Of a DNA stretch of 64,000 nt, positions 1 to 10,776 are shown piece after piece. The stretch lies in the NCBI GenBank assembly GCA_963775685.1, contig CAVZJV010000014.1:608001-672000 (forward strand). The letters run 5' to 3'. Each line of letters begins with the position of its first letter. The first letter of the stretch is position 1. Origin of the DNA: Candidatus Bathyarchaeota archaeon (GTDB lineage Archaea; Thermoproteota; Bathyarchaeia; Bathyarchaeales; Bathycorpusculaceae). The notes below the pieces were generated by a model. The model did no database searches. It was given only the letters and a program-made list of their open reading frames with translations, and was not told the origin of the DNA. Both the position numbers and the translations under genes were made by a program.

Positions 1-532
1 ACATTGCATTGTTCTTGTGAATTTCTCGGTAGATGTTATCTATTGCCCATTCAATAGCTTCCGTGGAGATTACGCGTAAATTGATTTTCCAGGTGGCAAA
101 TAAATACTGGATTGTGAGCATGACTTTTTCGTCTAATGGGTTGTCAACAGCCAAATCGATGGCTGGCCCGTTTATTTCTAAAGGAATGACTTTGTATCTG
201 CTTATTATAGGATAAGGGAGAACTGTTATAAGCTTGCTTTTTTGTTCGTTCTTATAAATCTCCCTTATCTTGGAGTACTCTAGAAATGGTAGTCCGGTTT
301 TTAAAGCAAGGTCGTGGAAAAAATTTTCCGGGATTTCTATTTTGCCTTTTCTTAAGGTTGGGATGATTTCTTCGACTGTTAATTGAGAGTGCTCTATTTG
401 CTCTGTTCTGACTCCGTGTGCTTTGAGAAGGTTAATTATTTCTTTTTTACCCAGCGTTTCCTTGGTGGATGTGTCTATTATTGCTGCATTGGCGGGTATC
501 TCGACTTCAACTGACACGGACAGTCTCTTCAA
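1..532 (-). CDS. N-terminal part (runs off the window) of a protein with a T2SSE_N/GspE-N (MshEN-associated) domain; possibly a GT2 glycosyltransferase fusion
   Basis: Absent from the ORF track. Manual translation from TTG 532 is open to position 1: MKRLSVSVEVEIP...LALKTGLPFLEY...LPYPIISRYKVIPLEINGPAIDLAVDNPLDEKV...WAIDNIY, which resembles the GspE/PilB N-terminal domain. Confidence 0.6.
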   Translation of the reverse strand, partial: MKRLSVSVEVEIPANAAIIDTSTKETLGKKEIINLLKAHGVRTEQIEHSQLTVEEIIPTLRKGKIEIPENFFHDLALKTGLPFLEYSKIREIYKNEQKSKLITVLPYPIISRYKVIPLEINGPAIDLAVDNPLDEKVMLTIQYLFATWKINLRVISTEAIEWAIDNIYREIHKNNAM

Positions 533-869
533 ATTGATTTATACGTCACACACCAACATAATGTATCTTACTTCTCACTACTAAGTACTCTAACTACATA
601 ATTTACTCAAACAGAATACACAAATTTGTTAACAACGAAAAAAAATTGAACCCCCTACCTTATCCAAGAATTTTAAAGTCAAATAAATACGAAGAAGTTG
701 GCTTTGAACATATTATCGCCTGAGGAAATCATCAACATATTCAAGAACCAGAAATAACATTGGAAAGAAAAAAGAGCAAAACCCTGAGAAATGTCAAGAA
801 TTCAGAGAAAAATGTATATCAAGGTTAACACCAATTTAGTTCAGAAAACAATTTAGTTAGGGGAATACT

Positions 870-1433
870 TTGAAAAGTATGGTAGAGTTTAGATGGCATG
901 GTAGAGGCGGGCAAGGCGCTTGGACGGCCAGCGAACTTTTGGCAAGAACAGCCCTCGATGAAGGCAAGTACATTCAATCTTTTCCAGAGTTTGGACCTGA
1001 AAGAATGGGCGCACCCGTAACTGCTTTTACAAGAATCAGCACTAGACCAATACGGTTGCATTGTGCAATCTATGACCCAGATGTTGTTGTAGTTTTAGAC
1101 AACACTCTGCTTAAAAGTGTGCCAGTTACTTCTGGATTAAACCGCGATGAAGACATCTTAATTATCAACTCAAGTGAAGAACCTTCGGCCTTAAAAGAAA
1201 ACCTTCGCATTACAAAAGGAAAAGTCTGGACAGTTCCAGCAACCGAGATAGCCATTAGAATTTTGGGTGCTCCCATCACAAATACGGCACTTTTGGGTGT
1301 TGTCGCCAAAGCTACTGAAATAGTGACTTTAGAAGGGATAGAAAAAACTTTGAAAGGACGCTTTAGACAAGACTTGGCAGAGAAAAACTTTGCAGTCATA
1401 AATGAAGCCTACAAGGAGGCAAAAGTGGAATGA
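870..1433 (+). CDS. porG: Pyruvate/2-oxoacid:ferredoxin oxidoreductase gamma subunit
   Basis: EFRWHGRGGQG and FPEFGPERMGAPV motifs; first gene of a gamma-delta-alpha-beta operon. Confidence 0.93.
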   Translation: MKSMVEFRWHGRGGQGAWTASELLARTALDEGKYIQSFPEFGPERMGAPVTAFTRISTRPIRLHCAIYDPDVVVVLDNTLLKSVPVTSGLNRDEDILIINSSEEPSALKENLRITKGKVWTVPATEIAIRILGAPITNTALLGVVAKATEIVTLEGIEKTLKGRFRQDLAEKNFAVINEAYKEAKVE

Positions 1434-1714
1434 GCAGCAAAGAAAAAACTTGGAAGGAAATATCTTTGGGCGGAGTCTGCTCAAAATCAAGCGTTGGATT
1501 CATGACTGGTGATTGGAAAACTTACATGCCAGTGCGAGACCTAGAAAAATGCACAGTATGCTTAACTTGTGTCATGTTTTGCCCGGAAGGCGCAATAGAC
1601 TGGCGTCCTGAAATGGGTAAAATCGATTTTGATTTTAGCTTCTGCAAAGGCTGCGGAATATGTGCTAACGAATGCCCAACTAAAGCGATAACCATGAAAA
1701 TGGAACAGGAGTAA
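1430..1714 (+). CDS. porD: Pyruvate/2-oxoacid:ferredoxin oxidoreductase delta subunit (2x[4Fe-4S])
   Basis: TGDWKT motif and two CxxCxxCxxxCP motifs; ATGA overlap with the gamma gene. Confidence 0.93.
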   Translation: MSSKEKTWKEISLGGVCSKSSVGFMTGDWKTYMPVRDLEKCTVCLTCVMFCPEGAIDWRPEMGKIDFDFSFCKGCGICANECPTKAITMKMEQE

Positions 1715-1719
1715 AATAA

Positions 1720-2952
1720 ATGCAAAAAACAGTTAGACAAGAAACTATGGGACTAAATGGTGATGAAGCTGTTGCTTATGCAGTTAAACAATCAGATGTT
1801 GACGTTGTTGCTGCGTACCCAATTACTCCACAAACAATCATAGTTGAGAAATACAGCGAGTATGTTGCAAATGGCGAGGTGCAAACGGAATTTGTTTGCA
1901 CCGAATCGGAACATAGCGCTATAACGGCTTGCCTAGCAGCATCAGCTACTGGCGCAAGAACTTTTACCGCAAGTGCTTCAGCTGGCTTAGCGTTAATGCA
2001 TGAAATGTTAACTGTGACATCTGGTTCTCGGGCACCGGTGGTCATGGCTGTTGCTAACCGAGCTCTGTCTTCCCCGCTTAACATTCACGGAGACCAATCG
2101 GACAGCATGGCGGAGCGGGATAGCGGATGGATCCAAATCTATGTTGAAAATGCACAGGAAGCCTACGACTCCATACTTCAAGCCTTCAAGATAGCTGAAG
2201 ATATCAGAGTTTCTTTGCCTATAATTATCGGCCTAGATGGTTTCACTCTGAGTCACACCCTTGAAAGAGTCGATACCCTCTCAGATCAAACAGTCAAAGA
2301 GTTCCTTGGAGAACGCCTGTTGCCCAACGTGCAGACACATGAAGGCAAGACAGTGCCCTACAAACTTGACCCAGACAACCCAATGACAATGGGACCGATT
2401 GCTCTGCAAAACTACTATTTTGAGTTTAAGAGGCAGCAAGACGAAGCGATGAAGAACGCTTTAAAGAAAATTCAAGAAACCAACAGTGAATTCGCAGAGA
2501 TAAGCGGTAGAAGCTACGGCAATGGACTTGTTGATTCTTACATGCTTGGCGACGCTGAAATCGCGGTAGTATGTGTCGGATCTACTGCAGGCACTCTTAA
2601 AGTAGTAGTTGACGCTTTAAGGCAAGAAGGAATTAAAGCAGGTCTCTTACGGTTACGTACATTTAGGCCTCTACCAGTCGAAGAACTACGAAACGCCCTC
2701 AAGAACGCCAAAGCAATTGCGGTTATGGACAAAAGTATGAGTTTTGGCGGTTTTGGAGGCGCAGTTTACCATGAAGTCAGGCACGCCCTCTACGATCTCC
2801 AAACACATCCGCCCGTTGTTAACTACATTTACGGGTTAGGTGGAAGAGACTCAAATCCAAGGGCATTCAGAACAATATTCGAAGACCTAATGAAAATAGC
2901 CAAAAGTGGCCGCATTGAAAAACAAATCAACTATTTTGGGTTGAGGGAATAA
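1720..2952 (+). CDS. porA: Pyruvate/2-oxoacid:ferredoxin oxidoreductase alpha subunit
   Basis: AAYPITPQT, ESEHSA, NRALSSPLNIHGDQSD, YGLGGRD. Confidence 0.95.
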   Translation: MQKTVRQETMGLNGDEAVAYAVKQSDVDVVAAYPITPQTIIVEKYSEYVANGEVQTEFVCTESEHSAITACLAASATGARTFTASASAGLALMHEMLTVTSGSRAPVVMAVANRALSSPLNIHGDQSDSMAERDSGWIQIYVENAQEAYDSILQAFKIAEDIRVSLPIIIGLDGFTLSHTLERVDTLSDQTVKEFLGERLLPNVQTHEGKTVPYKLDPDNPMTMGPIALQNYYFEFKRQQDEAMKNALKKIQETNSEFAEISGRSYGNGLVDSYMLGDAEIAVVCVGSTAGTLKVVVDALRQEGIKAGLLRLRTFRPLPVEELRNALKNAKAIAVMDKSMSFGGFGGAVYHEVRHALYDLQTHPPVVNYIYGLGGRDSNPRAFRTIFEDLMKIAKSGRIEKQINYFGLRE

Positions 2953-2966
2953 AGAGGAAAAACAAC

Positions 2967-3935
2967 ATGGCAACAATACAAGAATGGAAATTCACAGCAA
3001 AAGATATTGCATTAAAACCAGACCTTTTCCTTTCGGGACATAGAGCATGTGCAGGCTGTGGACCCGCAGCCGTGCTACGCCTAATAATGAAAGCGACACG
3101 TGGACCCACAATTGTGACTGAAGCAACAGGCTGCATGGAAGTGGTCTCCTCAATTTACCCCTATACGTCTTGGGCTCTGCCTTGGTTGCACACAGCCTTT
3201 GAAAATGCTGCCGCGAACGCTTCAGGCATTGATGCAGCGTTGAAGGCTATGCGAAGGAAAGGCAAAGTCAGACAAGAACACATCGACATCATTGCAATTG
3301 CAGGTGATGGCGGAACCTACGACATTGGTTTGCAAGCCCTTTCAGGTGCAATTGAACGTGGACATGATTTCCTGTTTGTATTATATGACAACGAAGGTTA
3401 CATGAATACTGGGATCCAAAGGAGCGGCGGAACACCGACAGGCGCGGCAACAACAACTACCCCAGCAGGATCAGTTATTCCTGGCAAGCTGGAAAAGAAA
3501 AAACCTATTAGCGAAATCATGCTGGCACACGAAATGGAATATGTAGCTACCGCAACACCCTACTACTGGAAAGATATGCTTACTAAAGTCCGCAAAGGCC
3601 TAGAAGTTGAAGGACCAGCATTCCTACACGTGTTCGCCCCGTGCCCAAGAGGCTGGAGAAGCGAACCCGCAAAAACCATAGAGTACAGCAAACTCGCGGT
3701 CGAGTCCTGTGTGTTCCCAGTTTGGGAAGCAGTGAACGGCAAAAGGCAGCTCTCTATTCCAAGCAAACTGATTGCGTTGGCACCCCAGAAGAAGAAGCCA
3801 GTGAAGGCGTATTTGGAGGGTCAGGGTAGGTTTAGGCACCTGTTTAAACCCCAAAACAGCCACATACTTGACGAAATCCAGCGCAGTACCGATGAGCGTT
3901 GGAACCGGCTTTTGCAGAAATGCGAACCCGCCTAA
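2967..3935 (+). CDS. porB: Pyruvate/2-oxoacid:ferredoxin oxidoreductase beta subunit (TPP-binding)
   Basis: GHRACAGCG, TGCMEV, GDGG...YDNEGYMNTGIQRS, PCPRGW. Confidence 0.95.
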   Translation: MATIQEWKFTAKDIALKPDLFLSGHRACAGCGPAAVLRLIMKATRGPTIVTEATGCMEVVSSIYPYTSWALPWLHTAFENAAANASGIDAALKAMRRKGKVRQEHIDIIAIAGDGGTYDIGLQALSGAIERGHDFLFVLYDNEGYMNTGIQRSGGTPTGAATTTTPAGSVIPGKLEKKKPISEIMLAHEMEYVATATPYYWKDMLTKVRKGLEVEGPAFLHVFAPCPRGWRSEPAKTIEYSKLAVESCVFPVWEAVNGKRQLSIPSKLIALAPQKKKPVKAYLEGQGRFRHLFKPQNSHILDEIQRSTDERWNRLLQKCEPA

Positions 3936-3950
3936 TTTTCTTTTTTTATA
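3936..3950 (+). terminator. Archaeal oligo-T terminator of the por operon
   Basis: TTTTCTTTTTTT directly after the porB stop. Confidence 0.55.
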
Positions 3951-4188
3951 GATTCTTGAGAAACGTATCGTCCGTTAGTTGGTTTGTTATGGCTAAAATA
4001 GATTTTATGAACCCTAATAGGCATTATCCACGTTTGTAACAGTCACTTGTTCCTTGAAAAGAAAGCGCTAATTTGTGAATGCGCTCAAGCATATTTATGT
4101 TGTTTTAAGCCAGAAAACATATAAGCAACAAAGCACACATGTGCTTAAGGTGAAACATGCATATAGCAAGTATGCACAGGTGAAACAA

Positions 4189-4593
4189 ATGCGTAGAAGT
4201 TTAACAGTAACCCCAGAAAACGACAAAAAAATTCTGCTAACAAAAGGGCGCTTCCTAACAGGAGACGCACCATTCGACATAGACTACACAACAATGGTTA
4301 ACATCTTCTTAGAACTAGGTTACAAACTAATGACCCAAGCATGGAGTGACAGCGCAAACCAAAAAGTCATCGTAGACAAAAACGAAATCACGGAATCTTT
4401 CAAAAAACACTTCTTTAACGCTGAACTCAAAGAAGAAGCAATAGGAGACTTAGTGACCGAAATCATATTCAAAAAATTCGTAGAACAAACAAATCAGGCC
4501 GCATGTAACCAAATCCAACAAGAACAGGTCCCCGCCCTGCCTGCAGAATCAACGAAATCAAAAGATACAAAAAAAGAAAAATACATCTCATAG
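4189..4593 (+). CDS. Hypothetical protein, possibly with an N-terminal ribbon-helix-helix, upstream of grpE
   Basis: ATG 4189 follows an AGGTGA RBS; MRRSLTV strand followed by two predicted helices; 25 bp from grpE. Confidence 0.55.
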   Translation: MRRSLTVTPENDKKILLTKGRFLTGDAPFDIDYTTMVNIFLELGYKLMTQAWSDSANQKVIVDKNEITESFKKHFFNAELKEEAIGDLVTEIIFKKFVEQTNQAACNQIQQEQVPALPAESTKSKDTKKEKYIS

Positions 4594-4618
4594 TTAATCC
4601 AAGAGGGACAAATCCGAT

Positions 4619-5158
4619 ATGATTGACAAAGATTCTAAGCCTGAAAAATTTGAAGAATTGCTAGAAAACGAGAAGAAACGATCCGAAGACTATCTGAATA
4701 GATTAAAGTATTTACAGTCAGATTTCGAAAACTTTAAGAAACGTTTCGACCGCGAAATGGAGCATGTAAAATGTTACTGCAATGAACGAATCATTATGCA
4801 ACTCTTGGATGTAGTTGACGAATTAGAACTCGCCGTGAAAAACGGGGAAATTTCTAGTCAATCCACCCAGAGTTTGTTGGAGGGAGTAGAAATGACCCTA
4901 AATAAGCTCAGAAAGGTTCTTGAGCAAGAAGGCGTTTCTGAAATACCCGACCCAAAAGGCAAACCTTTTGACTCCTTATTGCATAACGTAATCTGCACCG
5001 AGGAGCGAGAGGATGTTGCAGAATCGACCGTAGTCGATCAAATACGGAAAGGGTATATTTTGAGGGGGAGAGTAATTCGCCCCAGTATTGTCCGTGTGGC
5101 AATCAAACCAAAAAATCAAAGTAATGAAAATAACAAAATGGAGGAAAAACAAGAATGA
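4619..5158 (+). CDS. grpE: Nucleotide exchange factor GrpE
   Basis: [34 protein letters not shown]; overlaps the dnaK start. Confidence 0.95.
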   Translation: MIDKDSKPEKFEELLENEKKRSEDYLNRLKYLQSDFENFKKRFDREMEHVKCYCNERIIMQLLDVVDELELAVKNGEISSQSTQSLLEGVEMTLNKLRKVLEQEGVSEIPDPKGKPFDSLLHNVICTEEREDVAESTVVDQIRKGYILRGRVIRPSIVRVAIKPKNQSNENNKMEEKQE

Positions 5159-7062
5159 GTCAAAAAACAAACCAAAAAGTTTTAGGTATAGATTTGGGAA
5201 CAACTAATTCAGCAGCCGCTATCTACGAGGGGGGACATGCCACAGTTATTCCGAGTGCTGAAGGCCCCACGATGGCTGGAAAAATGTTTCCGTCAGTTGT
5301 TGCCTTCACCAAAGATGGGCAACTTTTAGTTGGCGAACCAGCCAAACGCCAATCCACCACCAACCCCGAAGGTACCTTCTTTGAGATAAAACGCAAAATG
5401 GGCTCAGATTCTAAAGTTAACGCTTACGGCAAAGAATACAGCCCACAACAAATCTCAGCATTCATACTACAAAAGATAAAAAAAGACGCCGAAACCTACC
5501 TTGGAGGAAACATAAATAAAGCCGTCATCACCGTCCCAGCACACTTCAACGACAACCAACGCCAAGCAACCAAAGACGCGGGTGAAATCGCAGGGTTCGA
5601 AGTCATGCGCATTATCAACGAACCCACAGCAGCCTGTCTCGCATACGGCATAGACAAACTCCAGCAAGAAATGAAAATCCTTGTCTTCAGTTTCGGAGGC
5701 GGCACCCACGACGTCACATTAATGGACTTCGGCAAAGGAGTTTTCCAAGTTTTGAGCACCAGCGGCGACACACAGCTTGGGGGCACCGATGTTGACAGAG
5801 CGGTCATGGTTTACATCCTTGACGAGTTCAAACGTCAAACAGGTGTGGATGTCTCAGGTGATCGTATGGCAATGTCAAGACTAAAGGAAGCCGCAGAAAA
5901 AGCCAAAATCGAACTCTCCACCCTTATGAGCACCGACATTGACCTGCCATTCTTAACCGCAGACGCTTCGGGACCAAAACACCTACGCCTCAACTTAACC
6001 CGAACAAAACTGGAATCCCTCGCCCAACCCATCGTCGAACGTACAAGGCCTACACTACTAAAAGCACTCGAAGACGCTAAACTCAATCCACAACAAGTGG
6101 ACAAAATCATCTTGATCGGCGGTATGACAAGAATGCCCCTCGTACAACACTTCGTGGAGCAAATCTTGGGCAAAGCACCCGAACGTGGACTAGATCCTAT
6201 GGAGTGCGTAGCAATCGGCGCAGCTATCCAAGCAGGCGTCATAACAGGCGAAGTCACCGACCTATTACTCCTAGACGTTACCCCACTTACCTTAGGTCTT
6301 GAAACCATGGGAGGCGTCATGACAAAAGTCCTCGAGAAAAACACAACCATCCCCACAAAGCGCAGCCAAGTCTTCACGACAGCCGCAGACTTCCAAACCG
6401 CCGTCACCATCCATGTCTTACAGGGCGAACGCGCTATGTCAGCCGATAACGTCTCTTTGGGCATGTTCAATCTCGTCGACTTGCCGCCAGCACCAAGAGG
6501 GGTACCGCAGATTGAGGTAACCTTCGACATTGATGCCAACGGTATCCTAAACGTCACCGCCAAAGACCGCGGCACAGGCAAAGAAAACAAAATTCGCATC
6601 ACAGCCTCCACTAAACTGAGCAAAGAAGAAAAGGATCGTTTAATCAAAGACGCGGAACAATTCGCTGAGCAAGACCGCAAAAAGAAAGAAGAAGCGGAAA
6701 CCCGAAACAACGCCGACAGCCTTGTCTACACCGCCGACCGTACTAAAGCTGATCTTGCTGGAAAAATCAGCCCTGAAGAAGTCGCCAAAATCGACGCAGC
6801 CGTCACTGAACTTAAGAACGCCTTAGCCAGCAACGACATGGAACAGGTAAAAACCAAATCAGACGCGCTCCAGAAGGTTCTGCAAGAAGTCGGAACCAAG
6901 GTCTATCAACAAGCGGCTCAACAATATGCACAGCAACAACCAGGCCAACAGGCAGGTCCACAACCAGGCGCAGGACCTGACATGCCACCAAGCAGCGAAC
7001 CAGAAGAACAAGGCCCCGAAGGCGAACATGTAGTCGACTCAGAAGACTACAAAGTAAAGTAG
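5155..7062 (+). CDS. dnaK: Chaperone DnaK (Hsp70)
   Basis: [49 protein letters not shown]. Confidence 0.97.
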   Translation: MSQKTNQKVLGIDLGTTNSAAAIYEGGHATVIPSAEGPTMAGKMFPSVVAFTKDGQLLVGEPAKRQSTTNPEGTFFEIKRKMGSDSKVNAYGKEYSPQQISAFILQKIKKDAETYLGGNINKAVITVPAHFNDNQRQATKDAGEIAGFEVMRIINEPTAACLAYGIDKLQQEMKILVFSFGGGTHDVTLMDFGKGVFQVLSTSGDTQLGGTDVDRAVMVYILDEFKRQTGVDVSGDRMAMSRLKEAAEKAKIELSTLMSTDIDLPFLTADASGPKHLRLNLTRTKLESLAQPIVERTRPTLLKALEDAKLNPQQVDKIILIGGMTRMPLVQHFVEQILGKAPERGLDPMECVAIGAAIQAGVITGEVTDLLLLDVTPLTLGLETMGGVMTKVLEKNTTIPTKRSQVFTTAADFQTAVTIHVLQGERAMSADNVSLGMFNLVDLPPAPRGVPQIEVTFDIDANGILNVTAKDRGTGKENKIRITASTKLSKEEKDRLIKDAEQFAEQDRKKKEEAETRNNADSLVYTADRTKADLAGKISPEEVAKIDAAVTELKNALASNDMEQVKTKSDALQKVLQEVGTKVYQQAAQQYAQQQPGQQAGPQPGAGPDMPPSSEPEEQGPEGEHVVDSEDYKVK

Positions 7063-7538
7063 CCTTAGGCTACATCCCGCACTTTTTTTCTTTTGTATAC
7101 TTAGTTTTATCCTTCTCGAATTCTTTCACATCTTTTGCTTTAGGGAATAAAATTTGAACTTGGCAAGCTATCAGTGGCGTACATTTTGACTTTATGTGGA
7201 TGTTAAGGGTGTGAAGAAAGGGGGATAGGTCATCGTAAACTCTGTTTCTTTTCAAGAAGGACCAAATCTTGGTTTTCAATAAGGTAAGGAATGCCCTAAC
7301 CCTTTCCAACGATCCATTAATTAAGCCGACTATACAGGAGAAGCGCTAATGATTTTTTCGGTTTGCTCGGGGTCGAAAAAAATTGGGCTTCTATCATTTA
7401 TCAGCCAAACCTATGCTCGTTTCTATGACCATGGAACCTTTAGCAACAAAAAACAGTTAAAACGGGAAATACCTTAAATCCCAGTCTAAAGCATTGTATC
7501 AAAGTTCAAAAAATAGTTTAACTTAATGGTAAGATTGT

Positions 7539-8657
7539 ATGGCTGAAAAAAGGGATTATTACGAAGTTCTAGGGGTTAAAAAAGGCGCATCCAAAGACGA
7601 AATCAAGGATACCTATAGGAAACTTGCCATGCAGTTCCATCCGGACCGCAATAAAGATGTGGGCGCCGAGGAGCGGTTCAAAGAAATTAGTGAAGCATAT
7701 GCTGTGCTTAGCGACGATCAGAAACGGCAAACGTACGACAACCTTGGCCATCAGGGCTTTGATCAGCGTTATACTTCCGAGGATATTTTCCGCGGAGCAG
7801 ACTTTGACTCGGTCTTCCGCGATATGGGGTTTGGTGATTTATTCCGCAGCTTTTTTGGTGGTGGAGGATTTGGGGGCGGCTATGAGGAACGTAACCGAGG
7901 ACAAGACCTTGCCTTCAACCTTGAAATTGCACTTGAAGAAGCTGCAAGGGGCACAGAAAAAGAAATTGAAATTCCACGAACTGAACGGTGTGAGGTCTGC
8001 GGCGGTTCAGGTGCGAATCCAGGCACTTCAGCAAGGATATGCCCAAGATGCGGCGGTGCGGGCAAAATTCAGAACATGCGCAAAGCAGGCTTTGCTACGT
8101 ACGTGCAGGTGACTCCTTGTCCAACATGTAAAGGCAAAGGCAAACTTATAGATTCCCCATGCTCCAACTGCCATGGCGCGGGTCTAGTTAGGCGGCGACG
8201 TAAAATCACCGTGAAAATTCCCATGGGCATCGATGAAGGCTACCAGCTGCGTCTTCGGGGCGAAGGTGACTTTGCACCCAATGACGGTGAACCAGGAGAC
8301 CTATACGTTGTGGTTCATGTAAAGCAGCATCCGCAATTTATTCGGGAAGGAGACGACCTCTGGCACGTAACCATAATCACTTATCCGCAGGCAGCTTTGG
8401 GCGCAGATATTTCTGTGCCAACCCTTGACGGAACAACAACCATAAAAATCCATCCCGGAACCCAAGTAGGAGAAACCTTAACTCTTCGAGGCAAAGGAAT
8501 GCCACGGTTTCGAGGTTATGGCAGAGGTGACTTGATATTGCGAATCGGTGTTTCGATTCCAGAAAAACTGACCAATCAACAGAGGGCGCTTTTAGAGCAG
8601 TTGGCAAAAGAATTCGGCAATGACGTTCAGATAAAGAACCGCAAATTCAGGCTCTAA
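7539..8657 (+). CDS. dnaJ: Chaperone DnaJ
   Basis: J-domain HPD, G/F-rich region, four CxxCxGxG repeats. Confidence 0.97.
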   Translation: MAEKRDYYEVLGVKKGASKDEIKDTYRKLAMQFHPDRNKDVGAEERFKEISEAYAVLSDDQKRQTYDNLGHQGFDQRYTSEDIFRGADFDSVFRDMGFGDLFRSFFGGGGFGGGYEERNRGQDLAFNLEIALEEAARGTEKEIEIPRTERCEVCGGSGANPGTSARICPRCGGAGKIQNMRKAGFATYVQVTPCPTCKGKGKLIDSPCSNCHGAGLVRRRRKITVKIPMGIDEGYQLRLRGEGDFAPNDGEPGDLYVVVHVKQHPQFIREGDDLWHVTIITYPQAALGADISVPTLDGTTTIKIHPGTQVGETLTLRGKGMPRFRGYGRGDLILRIGVSIPEKLTNQQRALLEQLAKEFGNDVQIKNRKFRL

Positions 8658-8727
8658 ACACTTCTGTCGAGCGGCGTTACAACAAAATTTTTAAACAAAC
8701 CCGCAGAACTAGAACTGGGGAAAAAAC

Positions 8728-9117
8728 ATGGCGCTTAACTTAGACTCAGCACTAATCAGCCTAATCGTTACCATAATCGTCAACATAATCTTCATTTCGC
8801 CAATCCTTTGGATTTCAGGCAGACTCTTAGTGGGCGGACAAAAAGCAAAGTTCACTGATGCCCTGTGGATAGTTGTTTTGGGAACCGTCATAAGCTCGAT
8901 TTTCGGCTACTTCTTCCAAGGAATCATCGCATCACTAATCCTTTTCGTAATAATTCTTGGCTTAGTTAAACACTTCTTCGACTGCGGATGGCTCAAAGCT
9001 TTTGCAATTAGCATCATAGCAGCAATAATCTATATTGTAATAGCGGTAATACTGGTGGAGCTAATCGGAATTGGCACAAGCTTGCTGCCCATCGGAAACG
9101 GATTCATGAAATTATAA
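8728..9117 (+). CDS. Small multi-pass membrane protein
   Basis: 129 aa, about four hydrophobic helices. Confidence 0.75.
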   Translation: MALNLDSALISLIVTIIVNIIFISPILWISGRLLVGGQKAKFTDALWIVVLGTVISSIFGYFFQGIIASLILFVIILGLVKHFFDCGWLKAFAISIIAAIIYIVIAVILVELIGIGTSLLPIGNGFMKL

Positions 9118-9261
9118 ACTACAAATCCCATTTTATATTTTTGTTAAATGCTTTTGTGACCTTTTGAAATAGAATTTAGTCTAATTTAGGTTTTTACGCA
9201 CATTCTAAGCTATGTGCAGCTTTGCTTAAGTTCAACTGTTCAATTTCTTCTAAAGCCGCCC

Positions 9262-9455
9262 TTAACGCTTTCTATGGGATTTGTTGTCTTCGCATTTTGT
9301 TTCTTCTTTTAGGAGTTGTACTAAGCGATAGTTAACGTAGGCTAAGAACTTCGGACGCCTTGTGAAGCGTAGGCTTCTTTTACTTTTAATCATTCTTAAA
9401 AAAGTAGTCGTAGACATCTGCCTTTACGGTTCCTTTTGTAGCCTTTTTTAAACAT
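9262..9455 (-). pseudogene. Degraded small DNA-binding-like protein gene
   Basis: Across frames: MFKKGYK...TVKADVYDYFF / LKVKEAYASQGVRS / AYVNYRLVQLLKEE, with indels and a stop. Confidence 0.4.
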
Positions 9456-9607
9456 CTTTTTTACCCATTACTGGATATTTAATGGAGCGTACATTATAAT
9501 GTTTCAGAATAAACCCGACAAAACACCTATCGCAGTACGGGCAAACGTTACACCGCTCCAAATATATAGCGCCTTAAAACAGCAAATATTGAAAGAAGGT
9601 TGACTTT

Positions 9608-9769
9608 TTGCCAAGAAAAGGAGACAAATGCATAACTATTGAAGAGGAATTACATGCGAATATTAAAAAACGAGCAAAAGAAACCAACCTAACAATAAAA
9701 GAATATATTGAATACTTGCTTGCAAAGGAAAAAAACGCCACAGCAAACAGTGATACCAATAATATTTAG
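9608..9769 (+). CDS. 53-aa ribbon-helix-helix-type DNA-binding protein
   Basis: Below the ORF-track cutoff: MPRKGDKCITIEEELHANIKKRAKETNLTIKEYIEYLLAKEK... Confidence 0.6.
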   Translation: MPRKGDKCITIEEELHANIKKRAKETNLTIKEYIEYLLAKEKNATANSDTNNI

Positions 9770-10381
9770 GACTTAATCGCTGTTCAGGTCAGAAAACCAA
9801 CACCAGAAAATTTTAAGCACTTCGACCATCATACGAAAACCTAAACGTAAAAGAAAAACATAAAACCCCAAAACATAGAGCACTAATAATAGCAAGCACA
9901 AAACCGCAGCCCGCTTCCCCAAACGCAAAATCTCCAAAACCAAAAAGCCGCATGGCAACTCACACTACCCACACCAACTAAGCCCACCTTTCCTTGCATA
10001 AAATTTTCTTAAACAATGAAGTACAAAAAAACCATCAAAAACCCCTTTATCCACAAAACACCTTCAAACAAACATGGGAAGCAATCCCCGAACAACTGTT
10101 TGGTTGGGTCAACATTGGCAAGACACGGAGGCTCCTAAGCCCTACAAAAAGACCTTTGCGCGTCGAAACCAAAACGTGATTTGACCCGCCAAGCATAAAT
10201 TCCCAATTCTGTTTTAATACGCTCCTGCGATGCTTGCAGTGAAATAGTTGGTAGTGGAATCAATTTTTGTTTCTATTCCATTTAAATGGATTTTCTTCCA
10301 TAGGTTTGGCTGGTTCTTTGTTAGCGATTCTTATTTAATAGCAACTATAAGAAAGGTTAAGCCTTGCATACTCTATCTTAG

Positions 10382-10753
10382 GTGCGATTAAAGTTGGATA
10401 AACATAAACATGACATAAAAAAAACCCGTGTGCACTTCGTAGAATTTGATGATGTTAACTTTTCTAAGTTGGTTAAGAGCACACGCTATTTTGGTGAGGG
10501 TAACTCTCGGGGGCGGAGGTTAGAGTTTGAGTTTGAGTATTGCCTTGATTGCGATTTGAGGTTGCTTGATGGGAAGCCAGTGATGACGAGGGATATTTTG
10601 CAGGATGAACTCGAAAAATTCGTTGTTCAAGCTAAGAAAAATCGCTTTGTGGATTCTGCGGAGGCGACTGTGCAGCATTCAGATTTTGATGTTCTGGAGC
10701 GGTTGATTAAGAACGCTTTAGAATTGGGTAAACTAAAAGAAAACAAAAAATAA
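10382..10753 (+). CDS. Hypothetical protein
   Basis: 123-aa ORF with protein-like composition, convergent with acs. Confidence 0.55.
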   Translation: MRLKLDKHKHDIKKTRVHFVEFDDVNFSKLVKSTRYFGEGNSRGRRLEFEFEYCLDCDLRLLDGKPVMTRDILQDELEKFVVQAKKNRFVDSAEATVQHSDFDVLERLIKNALELGKLKENKK

Positions 10754-10776
10754 AAAGAAAGAAGAAAAAGGTTGAT

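Noticed and set aside
5835-6710. 291-aa antisense ORF inside dnaK
   Set aside because: This is the well-known shadow frame opposite Hsp70 genes, with no independent coding evidence.
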